A DNA stretch of 64,000 nucleotides. Source: Takakia lepidozioides (taxonomy: Eukaryota > Plantae > Bryophyta). Both the position numbers and the translations under genes were made by a program. Under the pieces are notes generated by a model that was given only the letters and a program-made list of their open reading frames with translations, searched no databases and was not told the DNA's origin. Within the stretch, counting starts at the first letter, position 1. Each line of letters begins with the position of its first letter. Shown piece after piece: positions 1 to 13,100 of the stretch. The DNA lies in contig CM060731.1 of the NCBI GenBank assembly GCA_030704615.1, forward strand, positions 87,048,001-87,112,000, in the 5' to 3' direction.

Positions 1-1155
1 GGGGAACTTCATGGCGGGGTAACATCCTTATATTTTACCTCGCGGAGCTCGGATTTTTAAGGGGGGAGAAGCCTTGGCCCTTCACATATGTGATGGCTCA
101 TGTTCTCCTGGCCTGACTTTCAACCTATTCATTGCTGTCTGACAGGTTCATCCCATGCCAGTAGTATTTACGGCGGGAGATCGTTATATACAGCCTGACC
201 TATACTTGTTTGAGGTTATCCTAGAGCTTTGTGGCTGCATCTGGCCCCTTCATTGGTCTACGGGCCAGATCTGTTTGTAATCTAGGCATCCCGTGGCATG
301 CTACCACGTGGGGGTATTGCCTCACCCTAGGTTTTGGGTATAAGCTTGTTTCTGACCTTGAGTCAGGGCCCTTCTTCTCGTATGTACAACCTGGTGTACG
401 GGCTTCTGGACATGCTCTGTGAGCTTTGGATGTGTGTGTGTTAGCTCTGCATATGCTGTACGTGGGATCCTCTACATGTTCATCTCTTTTCTCGTGCTGT
501 AAAGCCCGCTCCTTCCGAGCTCTTACACCCCTAGTTTAACGTGCACTTGTGAGGACGGGAGAATCTCATTCAAGCACAAAATAAGCCTTCACAGACTTAC
601 TGAATAGGTTGTAAAGATATCTAGAGTGCTTGGCCCTCTCTGGCTTTCTCTGGATCCTGTCTCGCTTCCTTGCTGGGCCTTTTCCCCTCGTCCCTGTCTC
701 TGGCACCTCGGTTGCGCTTGTTTGTTGCTGTTTGCTTCGGTCCTGGGGCATTTCTCCTCTGTAAGCCTTCACGGCCCTGTTGGTGTTTTTTTTTTTTTTT
801 TTTCACAGAATAGGGGACAGTGGCCCTGATGCTCTATCCCCTGTTCTGATGGCCCTGGTTAATTTTATTATATATTATTGGTCCACAGACTCATCACTTT
901 AATTATTAGTCTGGTCCCCCTCAGCCTAGACTAACCTCTAGGTTGGATTTCTCTTCAATCGGGGTATCTCCCCCCGGAAATTCCGTGTTCCAGGAACATG
1001 ATTTCCTTCTTATGCATTGCAACTAGTCACTGTTCTCACACACACCGTAAGCGGTGATGCCGGGAACCCTACCTCTCAGATGGAGAGAAAGAACTAGTGG
1101 TACCGATTACTCTATCGAAAGACATCATTAACCTATCCAAGAATCACAAACCATA

Positions 1156-1800
1156 TCAACTGGACATAAGGGTGATCCTGGGGGAATTACCATAAATAGG
1201 CCTGTTCTCAAAAGAAAATGATGAGAAAGTCGTGGCAAGAGGTTTGACAAGGATCTTCCCTAATGCAGAACTACTGTATCTGTAATGAGGCCGCGAGACT
1301 TTAGTGGTTGGTTTCAAGTGTTTCCAATTAATGTCACGCTCAAACTCAGGTGACACTGTGGAGGGTCGCACGGTGATCCCACCAGCAGAGGGGAGGGAGC
1401 TCAGTCCAAACACATATGTCCAGCGATGAGGTGTTGTAGATAAGACCATGTTTGCCCCAAGTGTCTTGGAACGTAGCATGAATGGTTGCTGCATTCCTCA
1501 AGTTCCGCTTGATATCTGCACATGTTTTAGACCAAACTTTTCTTGACTCCACCCCCAGATCATAGAAAACATTAGAAAGGAGGGCAGAAATGGTGGAAGT
1601 CTCTCCAGAGAAAGTTCTTACAGCAAGCTTTCCATAAGTGCCAAGGCTAAGTGTTAGGAGAGGGAGCGCTAGGGAGAGGGAGCGCTCGAGATGGAGGCTT
1701 TGGAGAGATATGAGCAAGCGATGCGGGAAGGATGAAGACCAAATCGTGGCCCATGTCCTCTTGTTGCAAGCGTTCCTGGTGTCAGGGTCCAAATACAGAA
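1156..1800 (-). mobile_element. Degraded LINE (non-LTR retrotransposon) coding fragment
   Basis: Overlapping frameshifted ORFs 1346-1792 and 1156-1494 with LINE-like composition; no decisive motif seen. Confidence 0.3.
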
Positions 1801-2379
1801 GTAGAGGTTAGAAAAAGGCGGGGCATTAAAGTTATCCGTTAAGTGACCAGCCCTTCCGCCCCTTAATACATCCCCACTATACCTCTCCTCAGCACTTTGC
1901 GCGTATCCAGGAAGTCATGCAGAAAAGACGGCAGCGGGGCCACGCACAGGTGCGCACACGTGTTCTCCTTAAAGTCAGCATATATTCTCCTTGAATCAGC
2001 ATGGACCCTGCCCCAGCCTCATGCCCGCTTGGTTCCACGCCGCGCCACGTACCTCGAGAGGAAAGCCAAAAACCAAACGCATGATGAAACTCGTTTTGCT
2101 CTCATTTTGGTGCTATTTTGAGTTTGGTCATGTCTTTTTTTTGCTTGTATTTTAATCCCCTGCTCTTTTGACATTTATTGCACTTCAACCTCTCTTTTGG
2201 CCAAATTGGCCTAACTCACCCTCCATCCCCTGTACTTAACGGATAACTTTATTATGTGCTAAGCCGATAGAGATGCTGGCAGGCCGCATTCGCCTGAGTG
2301 GCAATGGAAATGCGTGTGTAAGCATGGCAGCCCGAAAAGGGGCAAAGAGGTCCATGGTGACATCATCTAAGCTGGAATT

Positions 2380-3000
2380 GGACCAGATGTCATTGCGAAC
2401 AATACCATGGTGGACATGTATGCCAAATGTGGAAACTGCAAAGGGAGAGTTTGACAACATGGCTGAACGAGATGTTGTCTCATGGAACACGCTAATCACA
2501 GGATATGGCCAACATGTGTGCGAGATGAGGGCATTGGAGACATATGAGCAAATGTCGCGGGAAGGGGTGCAGCCTGACTGGGTCACGTTCATTTGTGTTT
2601 GCAATGCATGTGCAAACCTGGCAGCCCTGAAAACCTGGAGACCTGGAGACCTGGTAAAGGGCAAAGAGATCCATCGTGACATCGTCAAAGCTGGAACTGT
2701 ACCAGATGTCATTCTGAACAATACCCTCGTGGACATGTATGCCAAACGTGGGAGCATTGAAGATGCAAAAGGAATGTTCAACAATATGGCTGAGCGAAAT
2801 GTGGTGTCGTGGAACGTGGCGATTGCAGGACGTGCACAACAGGGGCGGGGATTGGAGGTTTTGGAGACCTATGAGCAAATGATGTGGGAGGGGGTGAAGC
2901 CCGACCACATTACGTTTGTTTGCGTTTGCAATGCATGTGCGAGCCTGCTGGAGAAGGGCAAAGAGGTCCATGGTTGCATCGTCAAAGCTGGAACACAAGG
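2380..3000 (+). pseudogene. PLS-class pentatricopeptide repeat (PPR) protein, truncated/frameshifted
   Basis: Typical P/L/S motifs: FDNMAERDVVSWNTLITGYGQH, GVQPDWVTFICVCNAC, GKEIHRDIVKAG, NTLVDMYAKRGSIEDA; frame disrupted at both ends. Confidence 0.9.
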
Positions 3001-3008
3001 TCGAGGAC

Positions 3009-3110
3009 AACGTGGTGAGGGCACCTTCTTTTTCAACCTATTTCAGCCTGTTTTTCCCTCTCATCAGACTCGGCCCTGAGATGCATATTGAATTCTGTAA
3101 GTTAGCTCGT
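3009..3110 (+). repeat. Dispersed ~105-bp repeat (tandem copies at 32345-32615)
   Basis: GTGAGGGCACCTTCTT...CCCTCTCATCAGACTCGGCCCTGA..TGAATTCTGTAAGTTAG is shared with 32345-32615. Confidence 0.75.
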
Positions 3111-3199
3111 TGGCTTCTGAAAGAGGATCAAGAGAGGGAGTCCATAATGCCTCTTCTGGCTCTTCTGGGCATGTGAACATGCTTCGTGAGGCAGGCAGA

Positions 3200-4385
3200 C
3201 TGAAAAAGGCTCTACAGACTTTAAACCAAGGAGCATTTCAGCAGATTCAGATATGTATGTCTGTCTCTTGCTTAAGTGCATCAAGATGAAAGGTCTGGAA
3301 GCTGGAAAGCAGGTGCACACCCACATTATCCAAAGTGGATTCACGCCAAGTGTTTTTCTCCTCAACACCCTTGTCAACATGTATGTTAAGTGCGGGAGCA
3401 TCATGAAAGCTCACCAAGTGTTCAACGGAATGCCTAACAATCTTTGATCACGTGGAATACAATGTTGGGGTGGTAGGAATGCATGGGTGTGGTAGGAATG
3501 CTTTGGAGACATATGAGCAAATGCTGCGCGAAGGGGTTTGTGTTTGTGTCTGTTTGTGTTTGCAATGTGTGTGCAAGCTTGGGATGACATTCTGAACAGT
3601 GCCCTGGTGGACAGGTCTACCAAATGCGGGTGCGTAGAGGATGCAAAGGGAGTGTGGGGCAGACCTGGAAAAGGGGGAAGAGGTGCATAGTGACATTGTC
3701 AAAAGTTGGAATTGTACCTTATGTCATTCTGAACAGTGCCCTGGTGGACAGGTCTACCAAATGCGGGTGCGTAGAGGATGCAAAGGGAGTGTGGGGCAGA
3801 CCTGGACAAGGGGGAAGAGGTCCATGGTGACATTGTCAAAAGCTGGAATTGTACTTATGTCATTCTGAATAGTGCCCTGGTGGACAGGTCTGCCAAATGC
3901 GGGTGCCTAGAGGATGCAAAGGGAGTGTGGGGCAGACCTGGAAAAGGGGGAAGAGGTCCATGGTGACATTGTCAAAAGCTGGAATTGCACCTTATGTCAT
4001 TCTGAACAGTGCCCTGGTGACAGGTCTGATGCAAAGGGAGTGTGGGGCAGACCTGGAAAAGGGGGAAGAGGTCCATGGTGACATTGTCAAAAGCTGGAAT
4101 TGTACCTTATGTCTTTCTGAACAGTGCCCTGGTGACAGGTCTGATGCAAAGGGAGTGTTGGGCAGACCTGGAAAAGGGGGAAGAGGTCCATGGTGACATT
4201 GTCAAAAGCTGGAATTATACCTTATGTCATTCTGAATAGTGCCCTGGTGACAGGTCTGCCAAATGCGGGTGCATAGAGGATGCAAAGGGAGTGTTCGGCA
4301 TACCTGGAAAAGGGGGAAGAGGTCGACATTGTCAAAAGCTGGAATTGTACTTATGTCATTCTAAATAGTGCCCTGGTGGACATGT
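3200..4385 (+). pseudogene. Second PLS-PPR fragment with internal tandem amplification
   Basis: GKQVHTHIIQSG..NTLVNMYVKCGSIMKAHQVF followed by repeated units with frameshifts. Confidence 0.8.
3588..4385 (+). repeat. Tandem repeat of ~115-138 bp PPR-derived units (about 6-7 copies)
   Basis: Unit starting CATTCTGAA(C/T)AGTGCCCTGGTG recurs near 3588, 3726, 3861, 3998, 4113, 4228, 4357. Confidence 0.9.
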
Positions 4386-5094
4386 CTGCCTTCTTACCGG
4401 ATGCGTGACAAAAAGGTTGGATTCTCGACACTCAAAGGCGTTGGAGAAGACAGTGTCCTTAGGACACTGACGATATCTTACAAAAAACAATCCGTATAGA
4501 CGTGCAACGACACATTTCAATGGGTTCATTGAATGAGGAACGACACCACGACCTGTTATAGCGAAAGAGACTTTGCAATTTGTGCAAGAGTACAATGACT
4601 TCATTGTGGAGAGGAAGATTAGGAGGTGTCGGAGATCCAGCCAAGGAGCATGGGGTGAAGCGTCGAAGCATTCTTTGGGATTTACCATAGATAGAAAGCC
4701 CCCCAAAACTAGTGGAGATATATCTTTTACAGTTATGTCTTTTCTGATGAAGGTACATCAGGATCTTCACTCCTTTTTAGGTGCTGAAAAGGAGTGAAGA
4801 TCCTGATGTACCTAGGTTCTCATCTTGAGGGAGGAGCCAATAAATTCACTCAATAACCAGTGGATATTGACACTATAATAACCTGACAGGTAATTAACAC
4901 TACAATAACCCGAGCTAATGGCCGCTGAAAATATGATAACCAACGGGTGTTAGAATTTTAGAATTTGTTTAATAACCAGAACCAGTGGTAATAAGATTTG
5001 CAAATTTCGTAATATCTGGAACTGGCGGTTAAAGAAAAAAACTGATAACCGCCCAACACTGGAGCAAACTACCGCGACACAACTTAGCCCTTAA

Positions 5095-6127
5095 CCCCTA
5101 AAGGACGAGAGGTGTTTTTGGGTATTTGGACAATTCCGGGACCCACCCTCACACGTCAGCGGCTACCTGCCCACCAACGTTCATCCACGTGGATGAACCG
5201 TACAAACTGCTTCCTACCTACAAGATGCACAAGCCCCCCAAATTTAGGGAGATTCCACCGTATAGTTTGGGAGATTATAACATTTGAAGACGGTGCATTT
5301 TTTTGAAAATGGAAAAAACAAAGCAAAAGTTCATGTTTGACCAAGCAAATTATCCATGATCCCAAACTTTCCTGGGAGAGAAAGTGCTATATTCCTGTGA
5401 AGTGCACAATCCCAAACCCTCACACCAAATTTCACCCCAATCTGCCAAAATGAAATGGGGGGTGCTTTGTATGTGATTGGAATGGGGTCCAAAAAGAAAA
5501 TTTGCAAAGGAAATGGTATAGGCCCCATTGGGACCCCAAATTCTCCTTCATTTGGGAATTCCAACGGTCAGTCCATCATAGGCCAAGAACTACACAAGCC
5601 TGCCCAAGAATTTCCCAAAAATTCCCTAAATTGCATTTGGGATGTGGGATTTGGTGAAATTTCCGGCCTCCTCCAGGTCAGGCAATCGGTGGCCGGAATT
5701 TCGCCTGAATCCGTCGACGTTTTCCGGGCCACGTCAAGGTTTCCCATTATTTGCCAGGGCCAGCTCATTCGAGCCGTCCCCGTGTTCGTCGGCGTTTTGG
5801 GGAGGGCCTCACAAGCAGCCGACTCCAACCCTGCATTGCCCCCCGCCGCAAAATCCCACCCGCGTGGCCGCTGCCACCTGCCACGTCGACGGTCAACTGC
5901 AATGCCCCCCCCCCCCCCTCCACCCAAAATCCTGCAATTTCCAAACTTCAAAAAATTCCTGACGGCGGAGTTTTCCTCTGTTGGGGGCGTCATAAAGACC
6001 TGCGTGTGCAGCTCGTTTTGCGCTACATTTTTCGTTCAAGCCACTCGTTCATCAGACTTCATCCGTGCTGCTACGGATGGATGAAAAATCGGGCCGACCC
6101 GATTCTGGTCGGCTCGTCGTTTAGGGG
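5095..6127. mobile_element. Non-autonomous piggyBac-like MITE with TTAA TSD
   Basis: TTAA(5091-94)-CCCCTAAAGGACGAG ... CTCGTCGTTTAGGGG-TTAA(6128-31); 15-bp TIR with 1 mismatch; no transposase ORF. Confidence 0.75.
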
Positions 6128-7189
6128 TTAAAAGCCAAAAGAAGCCTAAAAGGGAAGGGGAGCCACAGCTTGAGCCTCAGACTGTTCCAGGCCTGCACAC
6201 TGGGGTTGGATGCGATATCCACCTACCATGGGCAGCCAAGGAAAAGAAAACGCACAAACAAATATCATCACCCAGATGATGATATTTGATCAAAGGCGAT
6301 CTCGCCAAGCTACCTCAAACCTATGTGGTTATGCAGATGGTGTGCTTGTAAGACCTGAATGAAATGGAGAATCTAGTGGATTTGACTTTCATTTCATAGC
6401 AAGACAGATTATAGAGTATTGCACCCAAACATAAACACATCTAGAGGAACTGCATCTCAAAGCTTGAGCTCTACAGTACCAACACCAGATAGCAGGCCCC
6501 CATTATTAACCAAAAATGAGTTGGAAGAATGATGTACTAATGGAGAACTTGTATCTGTGCAGTCTGATCTCTCATAACTGCAGAGCTCGCGTGGGAAACA
6601 CTTCTGAATGGCCCATTCACATTTAAGTCAGAATAACATGAATATGCAAGTTTTACTCCACACAGCCAGAAAGACATGGCCATCCCAAGAAATTGAGAAT
6701 AATAGGATGGAGCAGCTCAACTGACCTCTCCCATGTCCAATTCACAAATCACAGTATGTGACTGCAACGCACCTGTGTTCATCTAATCTGGTCCATGCAT
6801 TTTTAAATGACAACATTTGAATGAAAGCCACAACATACTAACACGTCTGTTTGTTTTAGACATTGGCCAGAAGACAAGATTATGTTGAAAATCTAAGGGA
6901 CACTCTGTCAACGGATTCCAACTCGTTTGACACAAACACTTTGAAAAAATTACATCAGCCAACCTGTCGGACTCAAAAGAAAAATTCACATTATCTCCCT
7001 CTGGCCATAGACCCAACCCTGACCTGCTTATAGTCAACAAGGGTATCCACAAGTAGTGTCCACTATCACACTACTTGCCACCAGGTCAAGTAATTCCTCC
7101 CGTGCAAACCAATACTGCAGATAACCTTCATCATCAACATAATTACCATGTGGTTGATGGACTCCTTTTGTCTCCCTCAGAAGAACCTC

Positions 7190-10100
7190 ACTTCAGTCGT
7201 GGAATGCTAAAAGCTTCAGTGAAGATGTTTGTTCTTTGGGCCAGGCTGGTTGATGTCATGAGGAGCTTGGGAGGGAGAAACTGCTGGTCAGCATCACCTA
7301 GCCCACTCTTGCATGGCCGCTTGTGTTTTCTGGTCCTGCTTGTTTGCTCTGCAGGGACAACAGACAAAGGTGGCCTCATCTTTCCCTGCAAACAACCAAA
7401 CTTATCAAAACCTGCATCATTCTCAAGAGGTCTCCAGTTTGTATTGTTTTATTTTTGGCACTAGCCTCTGGCTTCTGTCAGTGAGGTTTTCTCTCACCAT
7501 GTTAGTTAGGGGTGCCTGTGAAACTTGACGAGATCAAAGGATTCTCCAGGGCACAAGACTTTGGTGGCTTCTATCTTAAATGCAATTGATCTATAAAGCA
7601 GTCAAATGTAGTGGAGACGTAGGTAATGGGAAGCAGTAGAGATTTCAGCGCAGTAGACTGTTGCTTGCTGCGTTCTCCCAAGCTTACCCGCCTTCTCCCC
7701 AAGGACTGCTTTTCAGGTACCTCAGATGAGAGCCAGGCAGTCGTAGGCTTCAGGGGTGGTTCAATATAAGCCGTTGTCATCTGTCTACCTTCCCTTTGTC
7801 TGGGTATGGTGTGTGGGGCCTGCAGTACATTCAGAATCATGAGTTCCGGTGCAATCAGGGGAGAATCTATGGATCATGGACCTGAAATGCTCTAAGAGTA
7901 CAATGAACGCTCTCTGTAAACATATAGGGGAGGCACTGCAAGAGAATGTACTCATAAGACGTTTGCTGTAGCCTTAATAGACCCTGCGGGATCACTCTCT
8001 GGTAGTGGGACACACCTTGGTATAGACAACAGGCACTGCGAGAGGGTTAGAGGGAGAGAAGAAAGAAAAACGGGCTTCCAGGGCTCAACGGGCTCAGGTA
8101 TACAAAAGTAGAGCAAACAAAAACGACAGAAAATAAACCCTACCTACAGAAACTAAATAATATTGACGGCCAATGGAAGCTCAAATAGGTTATGGTACGA
8201 TTTTACCACAACCAAAGAACACCAAGAGAAAAACGATGAACTGCTCCCCAAAGATGGAGCACTGCACGAGGTTATGCAGCTAAGCAATGATGATCCTCAA
8301 AATTGAATGCATTTGCCAAGGATGGGCAGCCTTTGAAAGTTCACTGCTCTGCCTAGTCAATCTGTGAACCAACTCCAAAATTCCTTAAAGCCTATATATT
8401 TATGGAACTATAGCTTTTTGGTGAAGCTCATGCATTCCCATGTCCCTTGCACATGGACTTCTCTAACATCCTGTCTGCTCAACTTGTCCTTGTCCTGGTT
8501 CGTGAGAAGTAACCCTGGCGGCATATCAAAAATTTGCGGAGAGAGAAAGGAAAAAACTTTAGAGCATCCATGGGAAGCTCAAAGAGCTTATGGGAAAATG
8601 AAATGAGAAGACTGGACATAATACTGGGGCCCTGACAACCAGCCACCATTACCATAAAATTAAAATTCACCGTTGAGTGATTCCTTAATTTGAAGAGCCC
8701 TACGTAAATGCACCGCACAGCATCTCTGATCCTTGTAACACAAAACTAGACAGACACACCAAGAAACAGGAATTTATAACATCAGGAAAATCCCATAGGG
8801 ACAAGAGCATCCAAGCATCAACCCGACTGACTGACATGCTTGGGGCTTGAGGCAAGATACACTGGTTTGGTGACTTCCCAGGAACATCTCTTGATGGAAC
8901 AAAGGCGCAAGCGTGTCATGGTTCAGGATTGGGGGTTCCATCCCGACATGCTCATTTCTTTCTCCAACAAAAGAACAGAAGGTTTTCGGATCAGCTTACT
9001 TTTTGGGTGCTTGGTCCATGGCTATGTATCTGAGTTGATTTTACATTGGTCATGGATGCCAGCTCCCGTGCAACTTTGAGATTACGACTAGTTACATCCT
9101 TCCTCTCTACATCCCTCACAACCTTCTCCAGGGTCTGCATGTTGTACACAAGACACTGAAAGCCGTAACTCCAGGTAAAAGCACACACATTCCAGTCTCC
9201 AAGGTCCTATATCTGTGCCTTTGTTCACATTCAGCCCTTGCAGGTACCACAAAGATATCACCGCAGGGTTGCACAAAACTATACAGCACATAGAGGTAAT
9301 ATTTATATCCTACATATATTGCAATACAGAAAAGTCCATATTTTATGTTGCCTGCTGCAATGACAAGGGTCGACCACAAATTACTTGTTTGGAACAATTT
9401 TTCATCCAGAGGGTTCAAGGTTAGATCACGTCACTGGCACAGAAGTAACACGATTACACACCCATTGATTTGTCCCTCTTGACCAGTGGCATTCGCTACC
9501 AGATCCGAATCCCTCTCAGGTACCCTGAAAACAGATGTTTGATGGTGAGAGTCCCTCATAATCGGAACCAGAAATATGGTCCTCACCTTATCATCTTTTC
9601 TCTGTTTCTCCAACTCACTGCAGCGGACTCTCAGATTCTCATTTTCCTGCCTCAAATCCTCCAGCAATTGCATAATCTTCTCCACTTTGCAATCCTCTTC
9701 ACAGATAAGCCTGGCAGCTCTGACACGGCGCTCTTCCATCTCCTTCAGACGTAGCCAAGTCAGAGACAAAAAAGGACAATTCTCCTTCCTAGCTACTATC
9801 AGTGCTGAAATTTGAAGACTTCTAGAGAAATGAGAATTCTTGCAGCTCCTTTCTCTCTTTGCTGCAAGTTGAGTCTATGGTGAATGAGGCACCTACAGAA
9901 AACATCATCTTGTGAGTACATTCTCTCTCTCTCTGATTCTTTAGTAAGTTTGCAAAAGAAAAAGGCTCTTTTTTAAGATCAGGATTGTAAAATGGATTTG
10001 ATATTGTAATTGGATTTGTCAGCCACGTCCTTGGCAACTAACTGTATCTGTTAGGGTTAAGCCTTGATGTTTGAAAAAAAAAGGTGCGGCCGTCACAATG

Positions 10101-13100
10101 TTAGGGCCTCCGAGCATGCTTGCCACTTCTCTCCCTTCACAGCTAAGCTTATAAAGCAGAATGATTTCCTTTGCTACATTCTTCCATGTTGGAGAAGGAT
10201 AGGTGGAGCTGGTTGTAGAGTATTGTCTACACAAAAGGTACCAGTAGCCATACAAGCTCCTCAAGTATCGCTTAGCCTTTCCTCTTTCTCTCTCTTACCC
10301 ACCATCTTTGTTCTGCCCAAAGGAGGCTCGGGGTCTCTAGCACAAGGCTACGGCAGACAATCTTATAAGTACTTTCTCTCTCTCTCTTGTTTGACCTTGG
10401 CACTAGAATGAAATTTAAACTCAGGGTGCGCAGTTTACCTTTGAACAATAAACAGATGCAGAGAGGAAAGGGAGATTGTTAATGCCCAATGACAATGTTC
10501 ATTTTCAGATAAATGTCCCGGGTACTCTCATCAGAAAGCAATCCTCTTCAGGACCATCAAGAACATGGTCCCTGCACCTCTGTGCACCAACTTTAAAAAT
10601 GTCAAGGCTGAGCTAAAGCCCTGGCCATGTTGGGGTCTAATTGCTGGGCAGCTCACACACAGCAGATTGATGCTTGTGTGAAGGGCTTTCTAGAGGAAAT
10701 CTGGAAAGCCTGATCTAGTTGTTTATATCAAGGTAAGTCCCACTACCCTCGCAAAGGTAGTGTCTGTTGCCTCTTGTTCCCCCCCAAACTGGGCACGCAG
10801 TATATGGCCACAAGGCTACAGCAAAGGACGTCTTATGAGTAGATTCTCTTTGCAGCAGATATTGCTGCAAACAATTATTGGACCAAAGCAAACAACATCA
10901 TTCAATGTAGTGTGGCTGAGTACGACACCTTTCCTTCCTTTCCTTCCGCTCGAATACAATGGAGTCTTTACAATCCATCATCTTTCATCACCACATTTGG
11001 CCCTAACCATCCCACTGGCTACAAATTCAGCCATTTCACAGTTAGCAGAGACCAGACTTTTTTTGTTCAGCACAACCTAGGTCCAACAATTTTGCCACCT
11101 TTTAAACAACATCAGAAGTCATCCTAACAAAGAATGCAAGGATTAGTACATCCACAAGGGTCTCAGGGTAACAGACATTGGCATCTGCACGGCAGGTCTC
11201 AACCACTCACTAAGTCTACAAAGAGAGGTTCCTTGTCATCAGGGACCATACAATCATGTCTTCCTACCTCTCTGAGAAGCTCTATACATCCCCCATGAGG
11301 GCCTTGAGGGATGGCACGATGCAGTAAAACATTCTCCAAGACTAGAATGTGTCAAGTCTGTACAACCCAGGGAGTAGAGACACAGTATCATCGCCTTTTC
11401 TCCTCACCTACATACTATGGGGTCTGAGGGAGATACTACTTGTCTTTAGAGGCTCCCAGTCTTTGGGAGGCTTTCAGATTTGAAGACCTGAACTGCCTGG
11501 TCAGCTTACTACGGGCTTCAATTGGTGTTTTTAAAGTGGTTTGTTGTTATCCCACTTTATTCCATGGGCATTGGGACACCCTTGTGACCATTACAAAGTC
11601 AATGCCTATGCCCCGCTTGCGCTGGGAACAACAGGGAAATCAAAAGTGAACTACATTTCTTCTTTCACTGCCCTTTATACTATGAGATCTGTGGGAGATT
11701 CAACTGTCTATTTTGGGATATCCAATCTCTCACCGAGGCCTTCCATCTTGAATGCCTACCGCCTACCTACATGAAGTGTTGAGTCTTAGACAATCCCTTG
11801 AGCAAAGGTTGCTTTTGGGCTGCTTGTGGTCCCTCTCTCTTTCTTGTTACAATGGCCACAAGGCTACGGCAAACAACGTCTTATGAGTACAATCTCTTTC
11901 TTGTTTCTTTCTTCCTCTTGTTCCATATCTAAGCTCTTCAAGCTTCCCAGAGACGTTACAAAGTAATGTTTCATTTCATTTCCTTTTTCTCTTGCTTGAG
12001 ATTGGAATTGGTCTATGGTTTCTGTGGTTCTACTGGATGTCCTGCTCATGTCCCTCGGTCATTTGGGCCTCTTGCTTATGTAAGAGTTTTTCTTTCTTTG
12101 TCCGCCTTAGAGAATCTCTGAACTTAAATTGCAGATGGCCAGTTGTTGGGGGGCCCCACTTTTTCTTTCAGTCTTGTATTTTATGTTCCTTTGTCCCTGT
12201 ATGAGGTGTTCACTCTTAGACAATCCCTTGAGCAATTGGGCTGCCTGTGGAAGGCCCCTCTCTCTTTCTTGTTTCTTTCTTTCTCGTCCCATAAGGTCTT
12301 TCAGCTTCCGAGAACATTATAAAGTACCATTTCATTTCATTTCCAAGCTCTTTGAACGTTCTGTGGGCATTATCAAAGTTACTTCTGATGAAACAACCTT
12401 GATCCTACTCTAAAAAAAGGGGTTACTATTAGAGAGGAAACAGTGACAAGACCTTCCTGGATTTTCTGAAATGGTGAAGATATAGCCCCAGCTACTGAAG
12501 ATTCCTTGGTATCAGTAGGTAGATGAGAATCGGTGTGTAAGACCAGAATTTTCAGGTAACCCTAAATGCCACTTGCTAAACATCCTTCAAATTGATCATC
12601 CTTTTGATGTACAATGCTCAATGCAGTTGAAGCAGACAAGAGAAAAAGTGGCGCTTACCTGCACTAATTCTTTTTGGGCCTTGCACGCAGCTTCCCTTTG
12701 CTCCTGTAGCTCCCTCCTTGCCACCTCAAGCTGGTCATGCATAGCTTTCTTATCCAAAGTCAAATTTTCCAGTGCGTGACTCCTGCTACTCAGGTCAGTT
12801 GCAAGCCTCTCATTCTCCTGTGTCTTTCTTTTCATTTCTATCCGAAGTTTCTTGATCTCTGAAGCCAGACTATCATTTCCGAGGTCAGCCACTATCTCAT
12901 TAAGTCGGCATGCATCCTCCTCCAGCTGCCTTACTTCCATTTTCAGAATTGTCACCTGTAACACAACCAAAATGTTGCAATTCTGAGTACACTAACGCCA
13001 CAGCAAACTATGAACTTGCACACAAACATCCACAAGTTGGACTACAATTCAAAACCATCGTCAATCACTAAAGACAGGGTATAGCTAGCATGCATAGGTA

